Source: Leidyana gryllorum EB-2025a (Eukaryota > Protista > Apicomplexa). Taken from it: a stretch of 64,000 nucleotides of DNA. The stretch is taken from assembly GCA_048772705.1 (NCBI GenBank), contig JBLWGC010000174.1, positions 14,534 to 78,533 on the forward strand, given 5' to 3'. Below, one piece after another: positions 32,119 through 44,285 of this stretch. The position numbers and the translations under genes were made by a program. Under the pieces are notes generated by a model. The model did no database searches. It worked only from the letters and a program-made list of their open reading frames with translations, and was not told the origin of the DNA. Positions within the stretch are counted from its first letter, which is position 1. Each line of letters opens with the position of its first letter.

Positions 32119-32364
32119 AAATCTTTGAGCGAGGCTGTAGAGGTAGCGAAGCATCGACCAGGATGGGATGGAACAGCCACTCCTCAACTTCGGGTGGGAC
32201 GGAATTTACTCGTGGAATATCTGATACCACCACTACAGTCAGATACGTTACCATCTAAGCACCCTGGGCCATAAGAGTACTTTGGGGTGGCACACCGCAG
32301 CCAGAACGACATCGGCGGTCGCAACGGGAGCCATTAACACTCTGGAACTCAGAAGGAAAGTAAT

Positions 32365-32448
32365 GCACAGATGCCCGAGTGGTCTAAGGGGCCAGACTCA
32401 AGTTCTGGTAGGCGCAGGTCTGCATGGGTTCGAATCCCATTCTGTGCA
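32365..32448 (+). tRNA. trnL: tRNA-Leu(CAA)
   Basis: intact. Confidence 0.9.
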
Positions 32449-33045
32449 ACGGCGATCATCCCCAAAAAAAAGCTGGAAAAGGCCACAGTCGGTTGCATGC
32501 ACCCGAGTATTCGGCTGTTGCTCTGCTGGTATGATCCTTCCTCAGAGTGGAAGGAGCCCTGGGTTCGATTCCAGAACAGCCCTATTGGTCGTCGTTTGAC
32601 TTGACCGGACATGTTGCCCTCAGAACCAACACAGCCACCTCGTTAGCCCGCTTCGGTGGGGCAGTCAGGGCAACTAACATCTCGAAAATCACATTTCGGC
32701 TACCTCTTCCATGTTGCAGACTGAGCAGTGTAGCTCAGCGGAAGAGTGTTAGGCTCATAACGCAAAGATCCGTCGATCGAAACGACGCACTGCTAAGTGT
32801 GCGCAGAAGGGAACAGTTGCAGGATAGATTGGCTCGTGAGCCAAGCCTGCTGCCCGAATCGAACCGGCGACCTTTCACTTACTAAGCGAATGCTCTGCCC
32901 CAAGCTAAAAAGGCAATGTTAACTGGACATCACGCGTGAGGAGTCCCTATTGACGGAAGTTACTGAAGCACATTGTTCCACCACTCAACACTCCCACTGC
33001 TCCACCCACCGGCAAATAGGGTGTAACTAAGTTGAGAGCTTCCTT

Positions 33046-33118
33046 GCCGCCCTAGCTCAGTCGGTAGAGCTCAAGACTTTTAATCTTGCAGTCGCGGGTT
33101 CGAGCCCCGCGGGCGGTG
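33046..33118 (+). tRNA. trnK: tRNA-Lys(TTT)
   Basis: Lys body. Confidence 0.88.
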
Positions 33119-33326
33119 CAAATCAATGTCTCTGGGAGTGGGAATGGAACCGTTGCCTACAAGCACACTCTGCTGGATTCCCACTGCCGGAACTTGAACC
33201 CGGAGCGTGCGGGTGAGAGCCGCATATCCTAGCCACTTAGACTACAGTGGACGACTTCCTCAGCTGCAGCTTTGGACGGAAGCCGTACCATCTTCAGATG
33301 AGCGTCGGGTCAACCGACAAGCAACG

Positions 33327-33398
33327 GGGCTGTTCTGGGAATCGAACCCAGGACTTCTTCCACCCGAAGGAAGCATCATACCACTAGACCAAACAGCC
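33327..33398 (-). tRNA. trnP: tRNA-Pro(CGG)
   Basis: Pro body. Confidence 0.85.
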
Positions 33399-33902
33399 GC
33401 CTAGCCGGTGGTTCAACCCGCTGGGTACAGTCGAGAGACTCGTCTCACTATGTGAAGTATCACTCAATGCCATGAGGTAAGCACAGTGGGAGGCTAGCCC
33501 AGATGATGAAACGGTGGCTTAGTATACGAAAGGTTCTGGGATCGATTCCCAACCTTTCCGAACTACAATAGATGGAAGCCTCGCCGGAGTTGTCTAGTTG
33601 GCCTATCAACGCTGTGTGCCAAAACCATCCGGTGGGACGGAACCGAACCGCCGACTATCTGATGCCAGCACTACAGTCAGATGCTCTACCAACTGAGCTT
33701 TCCCCCGCTGTCCAACTGCTCCGGGGTTCGAAAGGCTTAACCCCAGATCCTCGAGCTTTCGGACTGCAGTCTGAGCACAGCGTCTTGGGCAACTCGGCCA
33801 TCTTTGCCGGCATGTTGTTGGCTCGCCGCTCCACGCGTTTTCTGTGCTTGACATCTCAAAATGGAAGGACTTTTGGGGTTGGCGGGCGGCGTGTTCAGAG
33901 CG

Positions 33903-33974
33903 TCCGAGATAGTATAGTGGTTAGTATTTCCGCCTGTCACGCGGAAGACCCGGGTTCGATTCCCGGTCTCGGAG
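33903..33974 (+). tRNA. trnD: tRNA-Asp(GTC)
   Basis: intact. Confidence 0.92.
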
Positions 33975-34248
33975 CAGTTCCAGCCCCTCACAACTGCTGC
34001 AACTCAGATTTTGTCTCAGCTGGTCTGGACTTCATCCGGGATTATACGAGTGGGAGCCGCGTATGGTAGCCGACCTTGGAGAGACGTGGCATTCAGTCAA
34101 CAACTATCAGACGGGCTCTTCTGGGAGTCGAACACAGGCCTTCTTCCACACGAAAGAAGAATCATACCACTAGACCAAACAGCCGCCTGTCGGTCGTGCA
34201 AACCGCTGAGGACACTTGAGATAGTGACACCAAATGTCACAACGTCTC

Positions 34249-34321
34249 TGCCTCGGCCGTGGATCGAACACGGGACTTCCAGATCTTCAGTCTGGCGCTC
34301 TCCCAACTGAGCTACCGAGGC
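34249..34321 (-). tRNA. trnF: tRNA-Phe(GAA)
   Basis: intact. Confidence 0.92.
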
Positions 34322-34737
34322 GGTAGGTAGTCATGGAAGGCGGTGAAAATAAGCACTTATCGCGGCCGTATGTGAGCCCACTCCTCGCAGCATGACGGAA
34401 TCGACAGTTGCCAACTTGCCCGAGTGAGGAACTAGTGTAGATCCAGCACATCTTGCGCCCTGTGGCTTCACATACGGTTCAGCAAGCTTGACTAGGAGTG
34501 CTCGCGCGGCGCGAAGCCGCGGTTTTCCCTTAAAAAGTCTGGCGCTTTACCGACGGAGTTGGGGCGGCAAAAAAGCTCGCCCTGTACCCAGGAAGGCCCA
34601 AGATTCCACGATCAATACAAATGCAATTTGTTACGAAGTCCGAATCTGTGTCAGAGATTTATTCACTTGGTCACGCCGACATACCATTCTTTCCAATACG
34701 ATACGGCTCTCGGCCGAAGCCTCAACTCGAGCACGTG

Positions 34738-34810
34738 TCCACTGTAGTCTAAGTGGCTAGGATATGCGGCTTTCACCCGCACGATCCGGGTTCAAGTCCC
34801 GGCAGTGGAA
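34738..34810 (+). tRNA. trnE: tRNA-Glu(TTC)
   Basis: intact. Confidence 0.92.
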
Positions 34811-35007
34811 GTCATTGAACTAGTCGACCAAAGTGCCACACTAATCTCCGTGAATAGCCATTCTTTCGTTATCTCCGGCTTACATTGCCTTCTGAGCTTA
34901 GGGGCAGAGCGTTCGCCTCGTAAGCGAGAAGTCGCCGGTTCGATTACGGCAGAAGGCCTTGCTCACGACCCAATCAATTCTATACCTGTTTCCCTCCTGC
35001 GCACACT

Positions 35008-35079
35008 TAGCAGTGCGTCGTTTCGATCGACGAACCTTTGGGTTATGAGCCCAACACTCTTCCACTGAGCTACACTGCT
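35008..35079 (-). tRNA. trnM: initiator tRNA-Met(CAT)
   Basis: iMet hallmarks. Confidence 0.88.
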
Positions 35080-35324
35080 CAGTCTGCAACATGGAAGAGG
35101 GAGCCGAAATGCGATTCTTGAGATGTTAATGGCCTTGAGTGCCGAAGACGCGGAAGACGCGGGTTCGATGCCCTGTTTTGGAGGGTACAGGGCGAGCTTC
35201 CTTGCCGCCCCAACTCCGTCGGTGGCGCGCAAGACGTTTAATGGGAGAACGCGGGTTCGTGCCGGCGCGAGCAGTGCTGAACCGTATGTGAAGCCACTGG
35301 CTGCAAAATGCCAAGCTCGACAGC

Positions 35325-35406
35325 GGCAACTTGCCCGAGTGGTTGAGGGGGTAGACTAGAAATCTACTGGGCCTGGCCCGCTTTGGTTCAAATCCAGCAG
35401 TTGTCG
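35325..35406 (+). tRNA. trnS: tRNA-Ser(AGA) variant
   Basis: Ser body. Confidence 0.78.
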
Positions 35407-35504
35407 TGCGATGTGGTTGGAGGGTTAAACATCAACTCACGCATGAATTTCTGCATTCCATCCTGATCGATGCTTCGCTACCTCTACAGCCTCGCTCAAA
35501 GATT

Positions 35505-35576
35505 GTCCGAGTCGTCTAGTGGTTAGGACAGCACGTTGTGGCCGTGCAAACCCAGGCTCGATTCCTGGCTCGGACA
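35505..35576 (+). tRNA. trnH: tRNA-His(GTG)
   Basis: copy of 10271. Confidence 0.88.
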
Positions 35577-35651
35577 AGCAGTCTAAAGTGCATTGCTCTT
35601 CGCCCCGGTTGAAAATATTGTTGCAGCCATGGTCAAGCCTGTACGATCGGC

Positions 35652-35722
35652 TGCACCTGCCGGGACTCGAACCCGGGCTGCGAGCATGGGAAGCTCGCAT
35701 CCTACCCTTGGACCACAAGTGC
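35652..35722 (-). tRNA. trnG: tRNA-Gly(CCC)
   Basis: copy of 10418. Confidence 0.9.
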
Positions 35723-36215
35723 ACTCGAGAAAGAGCTCCAGCACCCCGAGACTCGGCCGCAGTCTGCGTTGAGCTAGTGGGTGCCTCAAGTACGGGCAGG
35801 TTCCAGTCTGCGACTTTGTGGCTAAGAGACTTACCCTCTGGTGGCTGAACTACGAGGCTCGGCTAAGATGATTGGAGCTTGAGAGACTTGAGCTTTGCAG
35901 GTGCCCAGTCGATGCAGTCAAGCCTCCTGCCGGAATCAAACCGGCGACCTTTCGCTTACTAAGCGAATGCTCTGCCTCTAAGCTAAGAAGGCAATGCAGG
36001 CCGAAGATCACGAATCAGACACTATTGACGGAGATTGCTGGGCACTTTGCTCGAGTATTCCACTGACCTCAACCACTGACGTCCACTGCCGGACTTGAGC
36101 CCGGAGCTTGCGGGTGAGGCCGCATATCCTAGCCACTCAGACTACAGTGGGCAACATTCCACAGCGAAGGCAGCTAGTCAGCCAAATCATCGAAGTAAAG
36201 TGCTGAGCATTTGGC

Positions 36216-36288
36216 TACCTACGGCGAGACTCGAACTCGCAACCTTTGGATTAGAAGTCCAACGCGCTATCCATTGCGCCACGTAGGC
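36216..36288 (-). tRNA. trnR: tRNA-Arg(TCT)
   Basis: copy of 10982. Confidence 0.92.
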
Positions 36289-36510
36289 GGCAGCTTTTCG
36301 ACTAGATTGAAATAACAACATTCAAGTTTTTGGACCACGCGCCAGCCGTTTCTCTGCAGCCAAAGTTGCATGGCGTTTGGATGGCCTGGGTATCGATCCC
36401 AGTACCTCTCGCATGCAAAGCGAGCGCTGCACCATCTGAGCTAGCCGCCCATCCGTACAACATGGAAGACCTATCGCATCAAGTGGCTGACCGAGTGCCG
36501 ATACCATGGC

Positions 36511-36590
36511 TGACAAGAGTTGGATTCGAACCCACGCCCTTTCGGACTGCGGCCTGAACACAGCGCCTTAGACCACTCGGCCATCTTGCC
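36511..36590 (-). tRNA. trnL: tRNA-Leu(CAG)
   Basis: copy of 11277. Confidence 0.82.
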
Positions 36591-36682
36591 GCAGTCTTGT
36601 TGGTTCGTCGCTCCACGCGTTTTTTTGTCCGTGAGCCGAAATAGAAAGACTTCTGGGATTGGAGGCCGGCGTGTTCGGAGCG

Positions 36683-36754
36683 TCCGAGTCAGTATAGTGG
36701 TTAGTGTCTCCGCCTGTCACGCGGAAGACCCGGGTTCGATTCCCGGCAGATGCA
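36683..36754 (+). pseudogene. Asp/Gly chimeric tRNA
   Basis: copy of 11449. Confidence 0.85.
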
Positions 36755-36818
36755 GAGGAGATAGCACAAGGTTGAGTTTTGCGCGTGAGTTGGTGTTCGA
36801 CCCTCCGATCACATCGCA

Positions 36819-36900
36819 CGACAACTGCTGGATTTGAACCAGCGCGGGCCAGGCCCAGTAGATTTCTAGTCTACCCCCTTAACCACTCGGGCAAGTTGCC
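36819..36900 (-). tRNA. trnS: tRNA-Ser(AGA)
   Basis: intact. Confidence 0.92.
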
Positions 36901-37344
36901 GCTGTTGAACTTGGCATTTTGCGGCCAGTGGCTTCACATACGGTTCAGCGAGCTTTACTAGGACTCCTCGCGCCGCCCGAACCCGCGGATCTCCCTTCAA
37001 AAGTCTTGCGCTCTACTGACGGAGTTGGGGCGGCAAGGAAGCTCGCCCCGTACCCGAGGAAGGCCCAAGATTCCACGATCAATACAAATGGAATTGGTTA
37101 CTACGTCCGAATCTGTATCAGAGATCCACTCACTTGATCACGCCGACATACCATGTTTTCCAAGACGGTACGGCTCTCGGCCGAAGCCCAACTCAACCAC
37201 TCAACCACTCGTCCACTGGAGTCTAAGTGGCTAGGATACGGGGCTTTCACCAGGACGATTCGGGTTCAAGTCCCGGCAGTGGAAATCCACCAGAGTTTGG
37301 TTGTAGGCACCGGTTCCATTCTTACTCCCAGAGACATTGATTTG

Positions 37345-37417
37345 CACCGCCCGCGGGGCTCGAACCCGCGACTGCAAGATTAACAGTCTTGCGCTCTACG
37401 GACTGAGCTAGGGCGGC
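37345..37417 (-). tRNA. tRNA-Lys body with GTT anticodon
   Basis: copy of 12589. Confidence 0.75.
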
Positions 37418-37715
37418 TAACGAAGCTCTAGACTTAGTTACACCCTATTTGCCGTTGGGCGGAGCAGTGGAAGTCATTGGACCGGTGGAACACGCTTAGT
37501 AAGCGAAAGGTCGCCGGTTCGATTCGGGCAGAAGGCTTTGTTGCATCGATAGGCTTAAGAGGAATGGCTGTCGCCACGTACAAGATTCACAAGATCGTGT
37601 TCTGCATCTGTGGTCTAGTGGAAGAGTCGCTCGCTGCCATCGAGATAACCTGTGTGCGATTCCCGACTGCAAAATGGTAGCATGATGAGTTTGTCGGCGG
37701 TTTCGATTCTGACCG

Positions 37716-37788
37716 TGGGAGTGGAGAGGATCGAACTCTCGACTTCAGGATTATGAGACCTACGAGCTACCGACTGCGCTACACTCCC
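37716..37788 (-). tRNA. trnM: elongator tRNA-Met(CAT) variant
   Basis: copy of 14046. Confidence 0.8.
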
Positions 37789-38024
37789 CCTCCGACTTTC
37801 TCCGAGGAATCACCTGAACCCAGAACCATGCTGCCAGGCAGGTTGGGTCAAGATACAGCAAAGCGGGCTGTTCTGGGAATGGAACCTAGGACTTCTTCCA
37901 CCCGACGGAGGTATCATACCACTACACCAAACAGCCGCCTGTCGTTCGTGCAACCCGCTGAAGACAGTTTAAAAAGTGGTCATCCTATGTTGAGAACCAA
38001 CAAATGCGATGGGGTCTGCACCAC

Positions 38025-38097
38025 GGGCGACTAGCTCAAATGGTAGAGCGCTCGCTTCGCATGCGAGAGGTACTGGGATCGATACCCAGGTCGTCCA
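38025..38097 (+). tRNA. trnA: tRNA-Ala(CGC)
   Basis: intact. Confidence 0.92.
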
Positions 38098-38609
38098 AAG
38101 TACGTACGGCTGCACGTGGCGGGATGCAAACAAACTTCCATCTTTGAAGGGTCGCAGACCACAAGTGCCATTGGCACACCAGCGCACTCAGTGTTTAGTG
38201 TGCCTCTGAAACCGGTCCTGGCAGGTTTCGAAACTGCGACTTTGTGGTGAACAGCTACACGCTTTGCCGACTGAGCTACAAGACCCAGTTGCAATGTTCT
38301 TTTGAGCGAGGAGAAATCATACCTTCAGACCAAACAGCCCCCTGGTCGGCCTGCCCAGCTACGGCACTCATAAGTGTCAAATCGATCCGCATCTCAAGAA
38401 CCACATTTCCGCTTCCTGCATGATATCCGACGCTGGAGTAGTGGAACTCAGTGCGAGAGTGTTGGGCTTATGACTGCAGTGTCCGAGGTCTCCCGCAACA
38501 CGGGTCTCTACTGATCTCTGAAATATTAAGTGGCTCCTGTATATAGCGCGCAGCGTAGAGCCTTGGATTTGGGTCGGACAAAGCAGTTGCGCTTTTTCCC
38601 GAATGCTAC

Positions 38610-38691
38610 CGACAGGGGTGAGATTCGAACTCACGCGGGTGAAACCCAACGGCTTAGCAGGCCGCCGCCTCAACCACTCGGCCACCTTGCC
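38610..38691 (-). tRNA. trnS: tRNA-Ser(GCT)
   Basis: copy of 14940. Confidence 0.82.
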
Positions 38692-39360
38692 GAGAGTGGA
38701 ACGGGCTACGCCTTCCATCGGGAATCCCGTGCGAATTGGTAGTGCTCCTTCTCCGTGCAGAAAGGTCTGAGCGGCCGCTTCAATCCCAGTCATGGGGTTT
38801 TGCTGAACACATCAGTCGGCTCCTTTGGCTAGTGACTGTTCACCTCAACTCTGAAGCGGTCGCGTATTTCAGGCGGCCAGAGCGTGAGCCTAATGAGTTC
38901 TGAGTCCGCGGTTGGAGCCCGTGCGTGACCAAGTGAGTGCATCTCTGATACAGCTTCGCCCTGTACCCGAGGAAGGCCCAAGATTCAACGATCAATACGA
39001 ATGGAATTTGTTACTAAGTCCGAGCTTCGTCGCCGCCCCAAGTCCGTCGATAGAGCGCAAGACTTTTGATGGGAGACCGCAGGTTCGGGCAGCGCGAGAA
39101 GTCCGAGTCGAGCTTGCTGAACCGTATGTGACGGCACTGGGCGCAAGATGCCCAGTTGGACAGGTGGCAACTTGCCCGAGTGGTTAGGGGGTAGACTCTG
39201 CCGACTGAGCTACAAGACCCAGTTGCAATGTTCTTTTAAGCGGGGAAAAATCATACCTTCAGACCAAACAGTCTCCTGGTCGGCCTGCCCGGCTAGGGCA
39301 CTCATAGGTGTCAAATGCTGGACTACTCGGCGGTCGCGTTCGGCTGTCATTGGGTTGATT

Positions 39361-39434
39361 TGCTCCCCGGGGGGATCGAACCCTCGACCTTCGGCACATA
39401 AGGCCGATGCTCTAACCAGCTGAGCTAGGGGAGC
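39361..39434 (-). tRNA. trnI: tRNA-Ile(TAT)
   Basis: copy of 15690. Confidence 0.85.
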
Positions 39435-39745
39435 GATCACCGCCGTTCCACCGCGTAACTCACATTCGATTCTATCTCAGGGGGTTGTTACATCAAGTGT
39501 CAGAATGCCCCGGCCTCGTGCCGACCAAGCTTGTCAGCGTCTCTGCTAATTTGCCACGGCGGTTTGAGGCGTGCCTCCTGCGTCTGTCGGGAATCGAACC
39601 TGAGTCGTCTCGGTGGCAACGACACATTCTACCACAAGACCACAGATGCACAACTCGTTGTTGTTTAAGCTCGTGCACAATACCGGCCGTTTTGCTTCAG
39701 AAGAGAAGACAGAATCGAGTTGAGCGAGTATGACGGGTAGTTTGT

Positions 39746-39817
39746 GGGTACGTAGCTCAGTGGTAGAGCAGCTGACTGCAGATCAGCAAGTCCGTGGTTT
39801 AACTCCGCGCGTGCCCT
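39746..39817 (+). tRNA. trnC: tRNA-Cys(GCA)
   Basis: copy of 16075. Confidence 0.8.
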
Positions 39818-40026
39818 GAAGATGGTTTGGAACGATCGGAGATGTTGGACCACAAGGCAATGAGTCTGGAGCGGGGGATGTTTTTGGGCCTATGGCGGAA
39901 CGTAGCGCGTCTGACTCCTGCTTAGAAAATTGGGTGCTGTCCGCCAGTGTCTAAATGGCTCTGATGTTTGATTCCAGCTCTCGGGGATCCAGCATCCGGG
40001 TCGGTGCCATCTGTCGTTGCAGAAGT

Positions 40027-40100
40027 GGTCGCGTAGCTCAGTCGGTTAGAGTGTGAGCCTAATAAGCTCAAGGTCCTCGGTTCGAGCCCGGGCGTGACCA
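40027..40100 (+). tRNA. trnI: tRNA-Ile(AAT)
   Basis: copy of 16356. Confidence 0.88.
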
Positions 40101-40310
40101 AGTGAGGGGATCTCTGCTAAAGAGTCGCCCCGCACGCGAGGAAACCACAACATTCTGCGACTAATACGAAAGGAACTTGTTACCAAGTCCGAGCTTCCCT
40201 TCCGCGCCAGCTCCGTCGCTAGAGCGCAAGACTCAATGGTGGAGAGTCCTAGTCAAACTTGCTGAACCGTATGTGGAGCCACTGGCCGCAAAATGCCGAG
40301 TTGAACAGGT

Positions 40311-40392
40311 GGCAACTTGCCCGAGTGGTTAAGGGGGTAGACTAGAAATCTACTGGGCCTGGCCCGCGCTGGTTCAAATCCAGCAGTTGTCG
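40311..40392 (+). tRNA. trnS: tRNA-Ser(AGA)
   Basis: intact. Confidence 0.92.
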
Positions 40393-41225
40393 TGCGATGT
40401 GGTGGAAATGATGCAATTCCCAGCATCAAAAACTCATATGGGTCGAGACAGGGAATGCCTCCTTAGCTTAGGGGCAGAGCATTCGCTTTGTAAGCGAAAG
40501 GTCGCTGTTCGATTCCGGCAGGAGGCTTCAGTCATTAGCCTAAACATGGTTGCGATCCTCTGCCCGCATTTCGGACGGCGGCTTGCACACAGCACTCGGC
40601 CATCTTGCCGGAGTGTTCTTGGCTCGCCGTTCCACCCATTTCCTCTCGGTGAAATCTCAAAATGCGAGGACTTCTGGGGTTGGAGGCCGGCGAGTTTACT
40701 AGCGCCCGAGATAGTATAGTGGTCAGTATTTCCGCCTGTCACGCGGGATACCCTGGTTCGATTCCCGGTCTCGGGGCACAGATGGCTTCGCTGAAGATTC
40801 TCTCTTTTAGTTCTCGCTGAACGTCGCGAGCTACAGCCACCGAGGACCGAACTCGGGACCTTTTGGGTGTTGAGCAGACGTCGTAACCACTATACCGTTG
40901 ACTGCATGAATGGGCCCCGCAGCCCAAGAGGAGTGGCGAAGTTTTACGGAGCAGTGAAGACCAGTTCCAAGGTCGCGCCGGAAATCGAACCCAGGTCGGG
41001 AGATTCAGAGTCTCCAGTGCTAACCACTCACCACGCAACCGCTTCAGCCCATCCCAGAAGAGTCGGTAGAACTATCCGGACTAGCCCTTTCTCAAATGAA
41101 CACACGCAACACGAGTCTCTCTACTGACCGCTGAAATAATTAATTGGCTCCTGTATATAGCGCCCAGCGTAGAGCGTTCTATTTGAGTCGGACAATCATT
41201 GAAGCACGCTCTCCGCGAATGCTAC

Positions 41226-41307
41226 CGACAAGGGTGAGATTCGAACTCACGCGGGTGGAACCCAACGGCTTAGCAGGCCGCCGCCTTAACCGCTCGGCCA
41301 CCTTGCC
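41226..41307 (-). tRNA. trnS: tRNA-Ser(GCT)
   Basis: intact. Confidence 0.9.
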
Positions 41308-41466
41308 GAGAGTGTAACTGATTACATCCTCCCTCGGGAAGGAAACGAATCGGCGACCTTTCGCTTACTAAGCGAATGCTCCCCTAAGCTAAGAAAGCAA
41401 TACAGGCCGCAGATCACGAATGAGTCACTGTTGACGGGGATTAATGGAGCACTTCGCTCAAGTAGC

Positions 41467-41539
41467 TTCCACTGCCGGGACTTGAACCCGGATCATGCGG
41501 GTGAGAGCCGCATATCCTAGCCACTTAGACTACAGTGGA
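41467..41539 (-). tRNA. trnE: tRNA-Glu(CTC)
   Basis: intact. Confidence 0.9.
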
Positions 41540-41680
41540 CAAGTGCCCGAGTTGAGGCTTTGGGCGAGACCCGTACCATCTTGAGATGCAGCCACCTCGT
41601 TAGCCCACTTCGGTAGGGCAGTCAGCGCAACTAACCTCTCGAGAATCGCATTTCGGCTACCTCTGACATGTTGCAGACTA

Positions 41681-41752
41681 AGCAGTGTAGCTCAGTGGAA
41701 GAGTGTTGGGCTCATAACCCAAAGGTCCGTCGATCGAAACGACGCACTGCTA
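41681..41752 (+). tRNA. trnM: initiator tRNA-Met(CAT)
   Basis: iMet hallmarks. Confidence 0.93.
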
Positions 41753-41799
41753 AGTGTGCGCAGAAGGGAACAGTTGTAGGATAGATTGGCTCGTGAGCA

Positions 41800-41871
41800 A
41801 GCCTTCTGCCGGAATCGAACCGGCGACCTTTCGCTTACTAAGCGAATGCTCTGCCCCTAAGCTAAGAAGGC
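41800..41871 (-). tRNA. trnT: tRNA-Thr(AGT)
   Basis: intact. Confidence 0.92.
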
Positions 41872-41947
41872 AATGCAAGCCGGGAATCACGCATCAGTCC
41901 CTATTTACGCAAGTTATCAGAGCACTTTGATCGAGTACTCTAATGAC

Positions 41948-42020
41948 TTCCACTGCCGGGACTTGAACCCGGATCGTGCGGGTGAAAGCCGCATATCCTA
42001 GCCACTTAGACTACAGTGGA
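41948..42020 (-). tRNA. trnE: tRNA-Glu(TTC)
   Basis: intact. Confidence 0.92.
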
Positions 42021-42183
42021 CAAGTGCTGGAGTTTAGGCTTCGGCCGAGAGCCGAACCGTCTCGGAAAGATTCCACAAGACTTTTGAAGGGAGAACCGCG
42101 GGTTCGGGCGGCGCGAGCAGTCCTAGTAAAGCTTGCTGAACCGTATGTGAAGCCACTGGCCGCAAAATGCCAAGTTCGACAAC

Positions 42184-42265
42184 GGCAACTTGCCCGAGTG
42201 GTTAAGGGGGTAGACTAGAAATCTACTGGGCCGGGCCCGCGCTGGTTCAAATCCAGCAGTTGTCG
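42184..42265 (+). tRNA. trnS: tRNA-Ser(AGA)
   Basis: intact. Confidence 0.9.
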
Positions 42266-42331
42266 TGCGATGTGGTTGGAGGGTTAAACACCAACTCATT
42301 TCTGAATGTGGAAAAGCAACCATGTGTCCTC

Positions 42332-42402
42332 TGCATCTGCCGGGAATCGAACCCGGGTCGTCTCGATGGCAACGAGACATTCTACCACTAGACCACAGAT
42401 GC
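42332..42402 (-). tRNA. trnG: tRNA-Gly(GCC)
   Basis: intact. Confidence 0.92.
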
Positions 42403-42574
42403 GTCACACCTTGTTGTTGAAGCTCGTACACGGTAACGGCCGTTTTCTGAACGAATGGAATGTCCGTGGCGTGTTCAGAGCGTCCGAGATAGCATAGTGG
42501 TTACTATTTTCGAATGTCACGCCTAAGAAGCGGGCCGATTGCCGGTAAATGAGTCTGGAACGGGGGATGGTTTT

Positions 42575-42646
42575 GGGCCTATGGCGCAACGGTAGCGCGT
42601 CTGACTCCAGATCAGAAGGTTGGGTGTTCGAATCACTCTGGGCTCA
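42575..42646 (+). tRNA. trnW: tRNA-Trp(CCA)
   Basis: TCTGA-CT-CCA-GA-TCAGA. Confidence 0.9.
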
Positions 42647-42855
42647 ACCGGACTCTATGTTTTTCCCGTTTGGGGCGCAACCTGACAAAAGTGGGATTCG
42701 AACCCACGACCTTTCGGACTCCGGTGTGAGCACAGCGCCTCAGATCACTCGGTCACCTTGCCGGGATGTTGTTGGCTCGCCGCTCCACGCGTTTTCTATC
42801 CCTGGAATCTCAAGATGAAGGACTTTTGGGGTTTCAGGCCGGTGTGTTCGGAGCG

Positions 42856-42927
42856 TCCGAGATAGTATAGTGGTTAGTATTTCCGCCTGTCACGCGGAAG
42901 ACCCGGGTTCGATTCCCGGTCTCGGAG
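42856..42927 (+). tRNA. trnD: tRNA-Asp(GTC)
   Basis: intact. Confidence 0.92.
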
Positions 42928-43061
42928 CACAGTTGATCTCGCTTAAGAATCATACCACTAGACCAAACAGCCGCCTGTCGGTCGTGCAACGCGGTGAGCA
43001 CAGTCGCGAGAGTGGTCATACGATGTTGAGAATCAACAAAATGCGACGGGGTCTGCACAAA

Positions 43062-43134
43062 GGGCGACTAGCTCAAATGGTAGAGCGCTCGCTTAGCATG
43101 CGAGAGGTACTGGGATCGATGCCCAGGTCGTCCA
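43062..43134 (+). tRNA. trnA: tRNA-Ala(AGC)
   Basis: intact. Confidence 0.92.
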
Positions 43135-43415
43135 AACTTCGTAGTCTGCAAGTGCCGCTTTTTTACTACAGAGTTGAAAGCTTTCAAGTGTGCCCTTTAC
43201 CCTTGGCTAGACTCGGGCACCGCAGTATGTGTGAAGGTTGCCTCAGAGCCCGGATTTCCGAGTTTGCATTTTACAATCACACACTCTGCCGACTAAGATA
43301 CCAGAGTCAGTTACAATATTTCAAAGGTCAGTAGAGAGACGCGTGTTGCATGTGTCCAGTTGAGGGAGCGCTAGCCCGGATGGCTCTACCAACTCTTTTT
43401 TGGGAAGGACTGATC

Positions 43416-43487
43416 GGTTACTTGGTGTAGTGGTTAGGACTGGGCACTCTAAATCTCCCGACCTAGGTTCGATTCCCGGAGCAACCT
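43416..43487 (+). pseudogene. degenerate tRNA-Gln with CTA (amber) anticodon
   Basis: loop CT-CTA-AA; one mismatch in each stem. Confidence 0.7.
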
Positions 43488-44211
43488 CAAAACTAGTCCT
43501 CACTTTTTCGTGAAACCTCGCCACTTCTCTTGGTCTGCGGGACCTTCGCCGCAGCCATGATCTAGTGGTCACCACGTTTGCTTAACACGCAGAAGGTCCC
43601 GAGTTCGATCCTCGGTGGCTGTAGCTCGCAACTTTCAGCGACACCCAAATGAGACAATCTTAAGCGGAATCAACTGTGCTCTGAAACCAAGCATCGAATC
43701 CGGGTATTCCGCGTGACAGGCGGAAATACTGACCAGACTTTTGGGGTTGAAGTCCGGCGCGTTGACGAGCGTCCGAGATGAAATAGTTCCTTCTCGAGAC
43801 TTCACGGGCACAAAACATGCCATGTGGCGAGCCAAGAACACGGCGGCAAGATGGCCGGGTGGTCTGAAGCGCTGTGTTCAGGCCGCAGTTCTAAATCGCG
43901 TGGGCTCTAATCTCAAGCTTGTCATGCATACTATGTCAAAAACCACGGAATGCTATGACGTCTGCACAGCGGGCGACTAGCTCAACGCTGGATTGTGCAT
44001 CTGTGGTCTAGTGGTAGAATGTCTCGTTGCCACCGAGACGACCCAGGTTCGATTCCCGACAGACGCAGGAGGCACGCCTCAAACCGCCGTGGCAAATTAA
44101 CAGAAACGCTAACAAGCTTGGTCGCCACGAGGCCGGGGCATTCTGACACTTGATGTAACAACCCCCTGACATAGAATCGAATGTGAGTTACGCGGTGGCA
44201 CGGCGGTGATC

Positions 44212-44285
44212 GCTCCCCTAGCTCAGCTGGTTAGAGCATCGGCCTCATGTGCCGAAGGTTGAGGGTTCGATCCCCCCGGGGAGCA
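44212..44285 (+). tRNA. tRNA-Ile(TAT) body with CAT anticodon
   Basis: TCGGC-CT-CAT-GT-GCCGA. Confidence 0.78.
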
